Assembly (NCBI GenBank): GCA_012295275.1 | Contig: CM022677.1 | Location: 25,978,001-26,042,000 of the forward strand | DNA length: 64,000 nucleotides | Reading direction: 5' to 3' | Origin: Chrysomallon squamiferum | Taxonomy: Eukaryota; Animalia; Mollusca | In this document: positions 1-42,252 of the stretch, one piece after another | How positions within the stretch are numbered: the stretch's first letter is position 1 | Layout of the letters: each line of letters begins with the position of its first letter | The notes under the pieces: generated by a model | The model's input: the letters and a program-made list of their open reading frames with translations, nothing else | Told to the model about the DNA's origin: nothing | Databases searched by the model: none | Translations under genes and position numbers: made by a program

Positions 1-610
1 TAGCTTTAGTCTTAACTATACCACTGTATGAAACATAGCTTTAGTCTTAAATATACCACTGTATGAAATATAACTTTAGTCTTAATTATACCATGTGTAT
101 GAAATATAGCTTTAGTCTTAATTACACAGTCTTAAATATACCATTTGTATGACATAGTCTTAAATATACCATTTGTAGGAAATATAGATTTAGTCTTAAT
201 TATACCATTGTATGATATACAGTCTTAAATATATCATTTGTATGAAATATAGCTTTAGACTTAATTATACCATTGTATGACATAGTCTTAAACATACCAT
301 TTGTATGACATAGTCTTAAATATACCATTTGTAGGAAATATAGCTTTAGTCTTAATTATACCATTTGTAGGAAATATAGCTTTAGTCTTAGATGTAACAT
401 TTATGTGAAATACAGCTTTAGTCTCAAATATACCATATATAGGAAATACAGATTTATTCTTAAACACAACATTTTGTGAAATAAAGTTTTATTCTTAAAT
501 AGACCATTTGTAGGAAATATAGCTTTAGTCTTAAACATAACATTTGTGTGAAATACAGCTTCAATCTTAAATATACCATTTATAGGAAATATAGCTTTAG
601 TCTTAAATAG
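1..610. repeat. ~35-37-bp minisatellite
   Basis: Unit approx. tagctttagtcttaaatataccatttgtatgaaata, with shortened variants. Confidence 0.9.
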
Positions 611-1823
611 ATCTATACATACATAGATACATACATACACACACACACACACACATACTTACATACACATACATACATATACAGACTAGATGTAGGTTAC
701 TAAATCTAATACTTGTATCTCTGTAAATACAAAACACAGCAAGAAGAAAGGTGAGGGGTTTGATATACAAGTTTGTTAATACCTGGCTCAGTGTTTCACT
801 CAAATAATTCATCCTGAATTTTAACACACAAATATATGTACAGTACTGTTTAATATTCATTTTTTCTAACTTGTATTAATATTTTTGTAATCTTAATTGT
901 CTGTCACCTGTATAAACAATTAAAGAAATCATCATTTTTTCTAATCTGTCATTCATTTTTAAATAAACAATTTAAAATATGTTAAACAAATACATACACT
1001 ATTGTTTTTTTAATATTCATTTGTAACTCAATTATCTGTCACCTGTGTGATGTGAATTTTAATATTATGTTAATTAGTTTAGTATTATTGTTGATATAGA
1101 ATAATAATGTGTTTATTATTTTCTGTACACTAGTAATTGGGTTAATTAGATAATCACAAAATGTAATAGTTTATATAATTTATTGTTATATGTTAGTAAC
1201 ATACAGTGGTGTGATATTAAAAATATTTTATATATAGTATTTCATATAATGATCAAATTATTTACATGTTAACTTTAATAGTAATCACAAAATAAAAAAA
1301 AAAAAAAATAATAATAATCATTATCATCAACATCATCACAAAATTTGACCTCAGAAAATTTGACAAAATTGTGCATTTAGATATAAAAAATACAAAAAAT
1401 ATGAAGTAGTGTTTCAAGTCTTGGTACATCCGACATTTCACAAAGCAAAAACAAAAGAAAAAATATTACATCATTTATAAAGCCATGTTCTACTGAAATA
1501 CATTTACAAAACATAACTATAAATAAATAAATAAATATATAATGAAAAAGGCAAAAAAAAAATTAAAGTTTTTAACAAACTATATATTAAAAAATTAATG
1601 AAAAAACCCACAGAAAATAAAATAATAATAAAAAAAAAAACAACAATAACAATGATAAACATTTTTTTTTAAAAAGCTATAAAAAAAATAAAAAAAAAAA
1701 AATAAAATGGTAGAGTTGATGTGACATGACAGAAAAAATAAAAAAATAAAAAATAAAAATATAAAATGGTAGAGTTGATGTGACACATGACAGAAAAAAT
1801 AAAAATGAAAATGAAACCAACAC

Positions 1824-1844
1824 CTGGCCACACCCTACTGTGCC
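1824..1844 (-). CDS. Candidate 21-nt talin microexon (GTVGCGQ)
   Basis: ccatccaccgcag|GGCACAGTAGGGTGTGGCCAG|gtgttg; in frame, weak donor. Confidence 0.3.
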
Positions 1845-2126
1845 CTGCGGTGGATGGCTTTGTACTGTGTACATCACAGACTCTGTTTTAACTCGGAGTT
1901 TTGTCCTCACTTACTGACTGAGAGTCACAGAGGAAGTTAAACTCTAGAGTCACAATTTGTCTTTTGTCATACTAAAAACAGACATTCCTCAATGACCCCC
2001 TCCCTTGTCATAAAATGGTGGAAAGATTTTTGTTTTGTTTTTCAAAATTTGATGTCTGTAGAGTTTTATGTAAGTATATTGCTATGACTATAATAATGTA
2101 ATTATGAATGATCCCTCTTCATAAAA

Positions 2127-2172
<46 letters not shown>

Positions 2173-2321
2173 TACATTTCAGAGAGGTAATGAAAGTAAG
2201 TAATGTGAGAAGCTGGTGTAACGATGTGGCCGAGGTGGTAGTGTGACAACACACACGATGTGACAACACACATGATGTGACAAAACACACGATGCGACGT
2301 CAACGATGTTGTAGTTCTTAC

Positions 2322-2351
2322 CATCGACCTCACAGCCCAGCACTCATTGTA
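2322..2351 (-). CDS. Candidate 30-nt talin microexon (YNECWAVRSM)
   Basis: ttttTACTAACatttccaag|TACAATGAGTGCTGGGCTGTGAGGTCGATG|gtaaga; GC-rich island in an AT-rich intron; phase 0. Confidence 0.65.
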
Positions 2352-2947
2352 CTTGGAAATGTTAGTAAAAACAAACAAAAAATTTAAAAATTTTAATTAT
2401 CTGTTTTCATTATTAAAAAATAAAATTCAGTTAGAAAAAATAAAAATTAATGATAAGCAAATGTCTGTCATTGTTTGTGACATCATCTTTATAGGGTGGA
2501 GAGAAAAAATAATCAAAAATCAAAATAACTGAAAGTTTAAGACAAAAATGTTAAAAAAGAAAAAAATTAATCATCTTAATTGATGGTAAAAAACCCCAAA
2601 TAATATTATTTTTAAAAAAAACAAGGAAAAAATAGAAGAAAAAAAAGAAGATATAATTTGATGTTAAACTGATATTATTATTATTATTATACTTATATAT
2701 TATTAATAAACTAGTAGATAATACAAATTTAGGTAAATACAAGTTTATAATTTGATGTACCTATGTATTATATTACACTGTATTTTATTAATAAACTCAC
2801 TTAAACACACACACACACACACACACAAAGGCACAAACATAAAAATTTCTAGATAAAGTATGACAGTCTAAAAAAACATCAAAATAAAACAAAATGAAAA
2901 TCTAAAAAATAAATAAATAAAACAAAATCATATTATTAAAATAAATA

Positions 2948-2995
<48 letters not shown>

Positions 2996-3214
2996 TAATA
3001 AAACTATGAGACAACAAAAATACCTAACATTTAAAAACTTGTAGACTTATAGAATTTCTAAATCTATTATAAGAAAAAGAAAATAATAATACAAATATAA
3101 CAAATCTATGGTATTGGTTATATACGTTAGAACACACACACAGACACAGAGTGAGATGGAAACTGTTAGAACAGACACAAAGCGAAGACTAAATATTCTC
3201 TCTCTAACACATAC

Positions 3215-3232
3215 CTCAGCCTGCATATTCAC
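3215..3232 (-). CDS. Candidate 18-nt talin microexon (VNMQAE)
   Basis: ctttgaccttag|GTGAATATGCAGGCTGAG|gtatgt; phase 0, no stop. Confidence 0.55.
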
Positions 3233-3476
3233 CTAAGGTCAAAGTTCAAAGTTCAAAGTTCATTGTCAAAGGTCATGCAAAAAACAACTAAGCATAGACA
3301 TGTTTATTTTTTTTTAATATCAGCTCTTCTTACAATACGAGTAAAACAGAAAATGTATATTTTAAACTCTCTGTTAATTCTACTTTAGACTACTGGAAAC
3401 AATGCGATATCTGATCAATTATTTTGTACAACTACAAATCTGACTGAAGACAAATCAACAATAAAGCATGAACATA

Positions 3477-3890
3477 TCTGTCTAATGTTCTGTATCTTGT
3501 CTGTCTTATGTTCTGTATCTTGTCTGTCTTATGTTCTAGATCTTGTATGTCTTATGTTCTAGATCTGTCTCACTGTCTGTCTAATGTTCTGTATCTTGTC
3601 TGTCTTATGTTCTAGATGTCTCTCTGTCTAATGTTCTGTATCTTGTCTGTCTTATGTTCTAGATGTCTCACTGTCTTATGTTCTAGATGTCTCACTGTCT
3701 AATGTTCTGTACCTTGTCTGTCCAATGTTCTGTATCTTGTCTGTCTAATGTTCTGTATCTTGTCTGTCTTATGTTCTAGATCTGTCTGTCTTATGTTCTG
3801 TATCTTGTCTGTCTTATGTTCTAGATCTGTCTGACTGTCTGTCTAATGTTCTGCATCTTGTCTGTCTCATGTTCTGTCTCTGTCCCATGT
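3477..3890. repeat. ~23-bp minisatellite
   Basis: Unit tgtctgtcttatgttctgtatct / ...ttctagatct. Confidence 0.9.
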
Positions 3891-4813
3891 TCTGTGTCTG
3901 TTTCTCTGTTTCTGTTTGTTTTGTTTAGTATCTGTCTCTTTTATTTGTCTGTCTCATGCAGTATCCGTCTCTCTTTCACTCTGTCTGTCTGTCTCATGTT
4001 CAATATCAGTGATGCTGATATTTGGAATACCTAGTTCTATGTCATCAACACAGAAGCATTTAAAGGTTTTTTTTTAAATAAATAAAACATGAAGCCAAAG
4101 CAGACGGGCATTTAACAAAGATTTAATAATTTATCAGTCAGAAAATTGATTTAAACATTTTTAAAAAAAATAAAATAAAATAATTATATAAATAAATACA
4201 TATTATCTAAGAAAAATGAAACTGAGAAGAGAAGAATTAACAAGGGTAACAAAGAAATAAAAATGTTTCCAAGTAACTTAAATATTTTTGTTTGAAAACA
4301 CAATTCTTAAGCGAACAGTACCCACCTAGTAGATTTTAATATTTCAGATTTGTTTTTATTTAACTTTCAGTAAAGTATATGGTTAATTAACAGTTTCTGC
4401 TATTTATTTAAATTTGACATTTATAACTATTAATTTATTAACATTTGTTATTAATAAAATGAACAATTTCATAAAAAGATTTTAAGCAAAGCATCTAACA
4501 CACAGCCATTGAAGCCACAAATTTCATGCAACAAACAAAAAAAAATAAAAAATTGTTTTCCAGGAATTTAAAAAAAAAAAAATCAGTTTTTATTGCAGTT
4601 TTACATCTATTGTTTTAACCTGTATGTTACAGAAGATGTTTTAACAATAAATAAATAAATAAATAAATAAATATTATATATAAAAATACAGAAATAAACA
4701 AATTAAAAAATAATATTTATATAACAAAATGTATCAAATGCAAAAAGAACACAGAGGGAAAAAAGAAAAAGATAAATTTAAATACAGTCTGTAGATGAAG
4801 GGAGATAACTCAC

Positions 4814-32971
<28,158 letters not shown>

Positions 32972-33092
32972 CTTGCATAGTTTGCAAGTAAAACAAGTCC
33001 TAGGAGAGGGTGTGTTCTAGTGGACGTCAGGAGAGGGGGTGTTTGTTCTAGTGGACGTTGTCCAGTAATTTCCTCAGTGAGACGAAAGAATT
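32972..33092 (-). other. TLN: 5'UTR part of the first coding exon
   Basis: Acceptor gtgtttcag| at 33093-33094; in-frame stops upstream of the ATG; implies at least one further upstream non-coding exon. Confidence 0.7.
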
Positions 33093-33257
33093 CTGAAACA
33101 CAATTACATATTTATAGTAACATTGCAGTGGTAGCAGGTGTGGTAGAGGTAGCTGTAATAGACATGCTGTAGAGGCAGTTAAAGCAAATGTGGTGGCTTT
33201 AAAAAAAATCTAGCCAACTGTAGAGGATGGAAATTTAGTATTGAAAGTTTAGTGGTA

Positions 33258-33357
<100 letters not shown>

Positions 33358-34587
33358 TGAGCTAAAAAGGGCAAATATATGTATATGTATATATATATAT
33401 ATTTATATACAGATAGATAGATAGATAGACAGATAGACAGATATATAGAGATAGAGACAGACAGATATAGATAGATATTGAGAAGTAGAGATATAGAGTT
33501 AGATAGATAGAGGTAGATATATACACAGAGGGATATAGATAGATACTGAGAAGTAGACAGAGATATAGAGTTAGGTAGATAGATAGATAGAGGTAGATAT
33601 ATACACAGAGGGATACAGATAGACAGACAGACAAGTATAGATAGATAGGTAACTACTCTTTATTGAAATAATAGTTCAGTGGGTATTTAGATGGTTTTGA
33701 GTGACTTTAAAGTAAACTGGGTTAATGCCTTGCACCCCTGCATCGCCCCCCCACCCCCGATCATGTAAAAACTGCTAGACTGGCCAAGGTCAGATGAAAC
33801 GAAATAAAAAGCATTTGTGTGTAGAGTTCCCAATTTGTGTGAAACAGAATAATTGATTTTGTCTCAGGTTACACATGTGTGTGTAACAAGAGAAGCAACA
33901 TTACATAAAAATAACAACAATAGTCTATAAAATAAATAAATAAATGTCTGAAATGAATAACTGAATGCATGAATGAATAATAAATAAATAAATATCAAAT
34001 AAATAGAAAAAATAAAAATAATAATAATTAATAAACAAACAAATAAAACAATTATAAAAAAAATTATATAAGTAAGTAAAAATAATAATAACTAGTAAAA
34101 AAAAGATTAAAATAAAAATAAAGCAATACAGTAAGAAATTTTAGATTAAATCTAAATATTTAAATTTAAAAAATATTAAATAAGTAAATAAAAAAAGTAA
34201 TAATTAATAATGTTAACTAGTAAAAAAAAAAAAAAAAAGTAAAAATAAAGCAACACAGAAAGAAAGAAATTTTAGATCTAAATATTTAACAATACAGCTT
34301 AATGCTTTAAGGCAAACTGAGATACACAGGACATTCCAACAGCATATAAAATGTTTCAGTTACCATAGAAACCTTTGTAATATTATTCATGTTTTTTTTG
34401 TGTGTGTTTTATCATGGCAACTGCCAGAGTATTATTATACATTACAGTTCAGATAATATCCTGAAGATTAGTCTAGAGACAATGTTACCATGGCAATGAC
34501 AACACCCGGTAACAGAAGAAAAACTAGAGAAACTGTGATAATGAATTTAGAAATGAAACAGACAGACAGAAACAGAGAGAATGAATT

Positions 34588-34687
<100 letters not shown>

Positions 34688-35149
34688 ACACACACACACA
34701 CACATAATGGAGAATATCAATAACAAAAAAAGATTTGAAAGATGATTATATTCATTATGAAGAATCTGACGTGTGTAAATCTACAAAGAATATAAAAGTT
34801 TTAAGAGGTTTACGTGGAAAAGTGAAATTCTGACACTTCTAACATTTATCTGCTGCTTACACACAAACAATGAAATAAATGTTTTAAACATGCTTCAAAC
34901 TAGTTCAGCATTTAATCAGGACAGTATAAAAAAAAAATAAAATAAAATAAAATAAAATAAAATAAAATAAAAAAAAAACCTAAAAAAACTAAATAAAGTA
35001 AGGAATAAAAAGATTAAATAAGTATTTTTCTCTGGATTGTTCTGTTTTTCAGCCATGACTGATGAAGAGGAGAAACTTTTTTTTGTGTGTTTTGTCTTCA
35101 CCCAAAGCAGACCAGTTAGAATATGCTCCAACCATTAGAATCTGCTCTG

Positions 35150-37546
35150 ATACTTAACAGTACTATCATATAAAACTTGTAAATATGAACTTATCAGTAC
35201 TGTCATATAAAACTTGTAACTATGAACTTATCAGTAATATCATATAAAACTTGTAAATATGAACTTACCAGTACTATCATATAAAACTTGTAAATATGAA
35301 CTTATCAGTACTATCATATAAAACTTGTAACTATGAACTTATCAGTACTATCATATAAAACTTGTAAATATGAACTTATCAGTACTATCATATAAAACTT
35401 GTAACTATGAACTTATCAGTACTATCATATAAAACTTCTAAATATGAACTTATCAGTACTATCATATAAAACTTGTAAATATGAACTTATCAGTACTATC
35501 ATATAAAACTAAACTATGAACTTATCAGTACTATCATATAAAACTTGTAAATATGAACTTATCAGTACTATCATATAAAACTAACTATGAACTTATCAGT
35601 ACTATCATATAAAACTTCTAAATATGAACTTATCAGTACTATCATATAAAACTTCTAACTATGAACTTATCAGTACTATCATATAAAACTTTCTAAATAT
35701 GAACTTATCAGTACTATCATATAAAACTAACTGAACTTATCAGTACTATCATATAAAACTTCTAACTATGAACTTATCAGTACTATCATATAAAACTTGT
35801 AAATATGAACTTATCAGTACTATCATATAAAACTTGTAACTATGAACTTAAACTTATCAGTACTATCATATAAAACTTCTAAATATGAACTTATCAGTAC
35901 TATCTTATAAAACTTGTAAATATGAACTTATCAATACTATCATATAAAACTAACTGAACTTATCAGTACTATCATATAAAACTTCTAAATAAGAACTTAT
36001 CAGTACTATCATATAAAACTTCTAACTATGAACTTATCAGTACTATCATATAAAACTAACTATGAACTTATCAGTACTATCATATAAAACTTCTAAATAA
36101 GAACTTATCAGTACTATCATATAAAACTTCTAAATAAGAACTTATCAGTACTATCATATAAAACTAATAAGAACTTATCAGTACTATCATATAAAACTTC
36201 TAACTATGAACTTATCAGTACTATCAAATAAAACTTCTAAATATGAACTTATCAGTACTATCTTATAAAACTTCTAAATATGAACTTATCAGTACTATCA
36301 TATAAAACTTCTAAATATGAACTTATCAGTACTATCATATAAAACTTGTAAATATGAACTTATCAGTACTATCATATAAAACTTGTAAATATGAACTTAT
36401 CAGTACTATCATATAAAACTTGTAACTATGAACTTATCAGTACTATCATATAAAACTTGTAACTATGAACTTATCAGTACTATCATATAAAACTTGTAAA
36501 TATGAACTTCATATAAAACTATCAACTTATCAAACTTGTAAAAACTATGAACTTATCAGTACTATCATATAAAACTTGTAACTATGAACTTATCAGTACT
36601 ATCATATAAAACTAACTATGAAACTTATCAGTACTATCATATAAAACTTGTAAATATGAACTTATCAGTACTATCATATAAAACTTGTAACTATGAACTT
36701 ATCAGTACTATCATATAAAACTTCTAACTATGAACTTATCAGTACTATCTTATAAAACTAAATATGAACTTATCAGTACTATCATATAAAACTATGAACT
36801 TATCAGTACTATCATATAAAACTTGTAACTATGAACTTATCAGTACTATCATATAAAACTTCTAACTATGAACTTATCAGTACTATCATATAAAACTAAA
36901 TATGAACTTATCAGTACTATCATATAAAACTTCTAAATATGAACTTATCAGTACTATCTTATAAAACTTCTAAATATGAACTTATCAGTACTATCTTATA
37001 AAACTTGTAACTATGAACTTATCAGTACTATCATATAAAACTTGTAAATATGAACTTATCAGTACTATCATATAAAACTGTAACTATGAACTTATCAGTA
37101 CTATCATATAAAACTAAATATGAACTTATCAGTACTATCATATAAAACTATGAACTTATCAGTACTATCATATAAAACTATGAACTTATCAGTACTATCA
37201 TATAAAACTTGTAACTATGAACTTATCAGTACTATCATATAAAACTTGTAACTATGAACTTATCAGTACTATCATATAAAACTTGTAACTATGAACTTAT
37301 CAGTACTATCATATAAAACTGTAACTATGAACTTATCAGTACTATCATATAAAACTTGTAACTATGAACTTAAACTTATCAGTACTATCATATAAAACTT
37401 GTAACTATGAACTTATCAGTACTATCATATAAAACTTGTAAATATGAACTTATCAGTACTATCATATAAAACTAAATATGAACTTATCAGTACTATCATA
37501 TAAAACTAACTATGAACTTATCAGTACTATCATATAAAACTTGTAA
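35150..37546. repeat. 37-bp minisatellite (~2.4 kb)
   Basis: Unit gaacttatcagtactatcatataaaacttgtaaatat, highly homogeneous. Confidence 0.97.
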
Positions 37547-37980
37547 CACAGTCCGAGCCTATCTAGAAAGCACAGAGCAGTTTTGTGTAGTTTTGACACC
37601 ACACACACTGGGCCTGCCGTTGACGTTGATGATGAGCAAGCTATCAGTCTGCACAACTCCGGGGACCACTCTGTAATGTCACAAACAAAAGTCACGTTTG
37701 TAACAATCAGCACCAATCAATAAAGATGGTGAATTTTTACTAACAGCATCGCCATGGAAACGTCCCACCGGACACAGTGTTATAACAACTACACACAGTT
37801 TCATGGTACAAAGTACACATGTACTCTTCTACGTCAAACCATACATGCCGCTATATAGATATATACAAAGTGCACTTCTACTAACATGAGATGATATATG
37901 TTACTATATATAGAGAGATGTACACAGCATACTTGACATGAAATTACACGCATATTATGGTATGTCTGAATCTGAGTGTG

Positions 37981-38020
<40 letters not shown>

Positions 38021-38264
38021 AGTGGATGTGTGTGTGTGTGTGTGAGGTTGCAATTAAAGCAATAATAATCAGAACTAAAACTAACACAGTTGTGTATTTC
38101 TGTATCATCTATGTGTACACTAACTTCTACTGTTACACAATATTCATGCACTGAGTACGTGTTGTGTATTTACAGTTTTGTGTACTTGACATGTATTTCT
38201 AGTCTTTATCGGGATGTTAATATTTGTAATTAATTAACATATCCCTGATGTTATTCTTTACAGT

Positions 38265-38640
38265 CAGACATAAACAATTATCTGATATAAACCAGTCAAT
38301 ATACTAACACTTGTATAACAAACATATCAGTGATATTATTCCTTAGTTAGACAGAAGCAGTTATCTGATACAAACCAGTCAATATAATAACAAACATCAC
38401 TGATATTATCTGACAGAAATCAGTCAATATACTAACACTGTATAACAAACATATCACTGATATTATTGCTATTCGTTAGACAGAAACAGTTATCTGATAT
38501 AAACCTGTCAATATAACAAACATCACTGATATTATCTGACAGAAATCAGTCAATACACTAACACTGTATAACAAACATATCACTGATATTATTCGTTACA
38601 GTCAGACACAAACAATTATCTGATACAAACCAGTCTACAT
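38265..38640. repeat. Degenerate tandem repeat
   Basis: ttatctgatataaaccagtcaatatactaacac...aacaaacatatcactgatatta recurs several times. Confidence 0.8.
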
Positions 38641-38871
38641 ACAAACACTACAGAGAAACAGTCTGAATTATGTACAGTAATTATAATATACAGTGTACAA
38701 GAAGACTGTTTAAAGTGCATGTACAATATGGATGCATACAAAACACACATGTATATGCATACACAGTAATGTACAGACAGGGACATATTCACACACAGAC
38801 AAACACACACACAGACACACACAAGCAAATGGAGTTACTTAAGTTTAACCACATACACACATATTCAGCAC

Positions 38872-39099
<228 letters not shown>

Positions 39100-40377
39100 C
39101 AGACCCATACACAGACTCATACATATTCACACTCACATGGCCCCACTCTCACACACAGACATTATTTATTTACAACACAGCTGTAAGTTATTACTCGTAA
39201 GAGCAGAATAAAAATGATGAATCAGCTCTTAAAGAAAACAAATAATTTCAAATATTTTAAAGCGACATACCTCTCTTCACCTCCATGTCTTGTTCTGTGT
39301 GAAAACAATTCTCCTACCTTGAGTACACTCATCATACACTGAGTACTCGCTATACATTGAGCTCACTCATGGTACACTGAGTTGTCATTATACATTGAGT
39401 AGTCCTTGTACACGTGCCTTTGTCTGTTACAGAAAATCACGCTGATAAAAGACATGACGTGAAACCACAACAACGCACACTATTTTATTTCACTGTTTTG
39501 TATTATTAACTCTATCTAGTAGATATGTCCACCTTTTCTCTTTTTTTTTTTTTACCTTTTTTTCATCATTTTTTTTTCTCTCTCTCTTTAAACACACGTC
39601 TGTCTGTTGTCATCAATAACAATTAAACGTCTTTCCAAACAGCGACACACTTCTCCTTCTTTCCATTTTTATTTTTTTTTTAACTTTTTAATCTCAGACA
39701 CCTTCTTCTTCTTCTTCTTCTTTTTTCAGCCTCAGCCAGTCTGTCACCTCTCTGCTGTAAACAACAATGTAGTAGTCGCACAATTTTTTTTTTTTTCTTT
39801 CTTTCTGTAAAGCCCAATCTGTGTCTCTTCCAGTCTTTTCTGCATGTTTCACTCCCTCCCTCCCTCCCTCCCTTCTTTCTCCCTGGAACAGATGAGCTGT
39901 GCTGACACCACACCAAGTATGCATCGTTATTTATTTTCATCTCACAGCGACTCCGACACACACAACTATCATCCTGTTTCTTATATACCCGTATCTCTGT
40001 CCCTCTCTCTCCATCCCTGCTGCTCCTACCTAACAGAGACAAGTCTCCTTCCCTCCTCCCTCCTGCCTCCTGCACTCAGCTAACAAGACACACACACTCG
40101 TCAGCCCCTACATCCAGCTTCTCTGACCTTCTATTACAGCAAATGATCGGCTCTGTTTGAATAAAACTGTTTTTCCTAACCCATAATTCTCTTCCAAATT
40201 GATGCAGGCTCCCAGTGGGGTGATTATCTTAATAGGACGTATTAGCTGAGCAGTGTGAGTGCCAGTGAATACAGCAATCACAACAACAAGAGAGAAAAAC
40301 AATAGAGCAGAATATGCAAGTACCGAATTACTGGCTGCACCGAAACAACAGCGAGCTGCGGGTGATTTCTACTGAAT

Positions 40378-40955
40378 TTGAATTTGTAAATTGTTCTTTG
40401 TAAACCAAAAAAATCTCAGTATTCTGTGATATTGTGAATTTGTAAATTGTTCTTTGTAAACCAAAAAAATATAACAAAAAAAATAACCAAAAAATCTCAG
40501 TATTCTGTGATATTGTGAATTTGTAAATTGTTCTTTGTAAACCAAAAAAATCTCAGTATTCTGTGATATTGTGAATTTGTAAATTGTTCTTTGTAAACCA
40601 AAAAAATAAATATAAAAAAAAAAAAATCTCGGTATTCTGTGATATTGTGAATTTGTAAATTGTTCTTTGTAAACCCCAAAAATAAAAAAAAACAAACAAA
40701 CAAAAAAAAAAAAAATCTAGGTATTCTGTGATATTCTGAATTTGTAAATTGTTCTTTGTAAACCAAAAAATAACAAAAAAAAAAAAAAAATAAAATTGTT
40801 CTTTGTAAACCAAAAAAAAATCACAAAATTTTGTTTCAGTTTCTGTGATATTCTGAATTTGTAAATTGAATAAAAAATAAAAAAAAAAAAAAAAAAAAAA
40901 AAATCTCAGTATTCTGTGATATTCTGAATTTGTAAATTGTTGTTTTTAAACCAAA
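40378..40955. repeat. Tandem repeat with poly-A spacers
   Basis: tctcagtattctgtgatattgtgaatttgtaaattgttctttgtaaaccaaaa in about 7 copies. Confidence 0.9.
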
Positions 40956-41264
40956 AAAAAAAAAAACAACAAAATAAATAAATAAGTATTCTATATTCTG
41001 AAAAAAATAATGTAATAATAATAAAACAAAGCATTAAAAAAAATAAAAAAAAGTTAAAAAAAAAAAAAAAAAACATCTCAATTATTTAAAAATAAAAATA
41101 AACAGTCATCTGTGCAATAAAACTGACTTTGTAAATTGTTTTTAAAATAAAATTAAAAAAAAAAAAAAAAATAAAACAACTCAATTATCTGAAAATTGTT
41201 GTCTGAAAAAAAAAAAAAATTTGAGAATTGTTTTATGAAAGAAAAAAAAAGAAAACAACAAAAA

Positions 41265-41635
41265 TAAAACAAGTGAAATTCTCAATTTGTAAACAACTAA
41301 AATAAGCTAAGAACAATAAAACAAGAAATTTCTTGTTTGTGTAAGTCTAAAAAAGAAGAACAATCTGCTTGTGACATTCTCAATTTGTAAATTAGTCTAA
41401 AATAAAGAAGAACAATAAAACAAGTGAAATTCTCAATTTGTAAATTAGTCTAAAATAAAGAAGAACAATAAAACAAGTGAAATTCTCAATTTGTAAATTA
41501 GTCTAAAATAAAGAAGAACAATAAAACAAGTGAAATTCTCAATTTGTAAACTAGTCTAAAATAAAGAAGAACAATAAAACAAGTGAAATTCTCAATTTGT
41601 AAATTAGTCTAAAATAAAGAAGAACAATAAAACAA
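41265..41635. repeat. 53-bp minisatellite
   Basis: aagtgaaattctcaatttgtaaattagtctaaaataaagaagaacaataaaac. Confidence 0.92.
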
Positions 41636-41716
41636 GCCAATGAGGAAACAATTCCATTGACAGAGAACAAGAGATTTGTCAGAAAGAGGCCCTGCCTGCC
41701 TGTGTGACAGTTTTCA

Positions 41717-42252
41717 AGTGTTTAATTCTGGGTTCAGTGTTTGAAAGTGGTTACTTGTGGTTAATTCTGGGTTCAGTGTTTGAAAGTGGTTAGGTGTCTT
41801 TAATTGTGGGTTCAGTGTTTGAAAGTTGTTACTTGTGTTTAATTGTGGGTTCAGTGTTTGAAAGTTGTTACTTGTGTTTAATTGTGGGTTCAGTGTTTGA
41901 AAGTTGTTACTTGTGTTTAATTGTGGGTTCAGTGTTTGAAAGTTGTTACTTGTGTTTAATTCTGGGTTCAGTGTTTGAAAGTGGTTACCTGTGTTTAATT
42001 CTGGGTTCAGTGTTTGAAAGTGGTTACCTGTGTTTAATTCTGGGTTCAGTGTTTGAAAGTGGTTATGTGTGTTTGAAAGTGGTTACCTGTGTTTAATTGT
42101 GGGTTCAGTGTTTGAAAGTGGTTATGTGTGTTTGATTCTGGGTTCAGTGTTTGAAAGTGGTTAGGTGTGTTTAATTCTGGGTTCAGTGTTTGAAAGTGGT
42201 TACTTGTGTTTAATTCTGGGTTCAGTGTTTGAAAGTGGTTATGTGTGTTTGA
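41717..42252. repeat. 39-bp minisatellite
   Basis: gtgtttaattctgggttcagtgtttgaaagtggttactt in about 13 copies. Confidence 0.95.

Noticed and set aside
900-4625. AG|GT recursive splice sites near 908, 1043, 4326 and 4620
   Set aside because: Short motifs expected by chance, with weak pyrimidine tracts in a modest-sized intron.
35150-37546. 37-bp array as a CRISPR array
   Set aside because: Units are contiguous with no unique spacers, no cas genes are present, and the context is eukaryotic.
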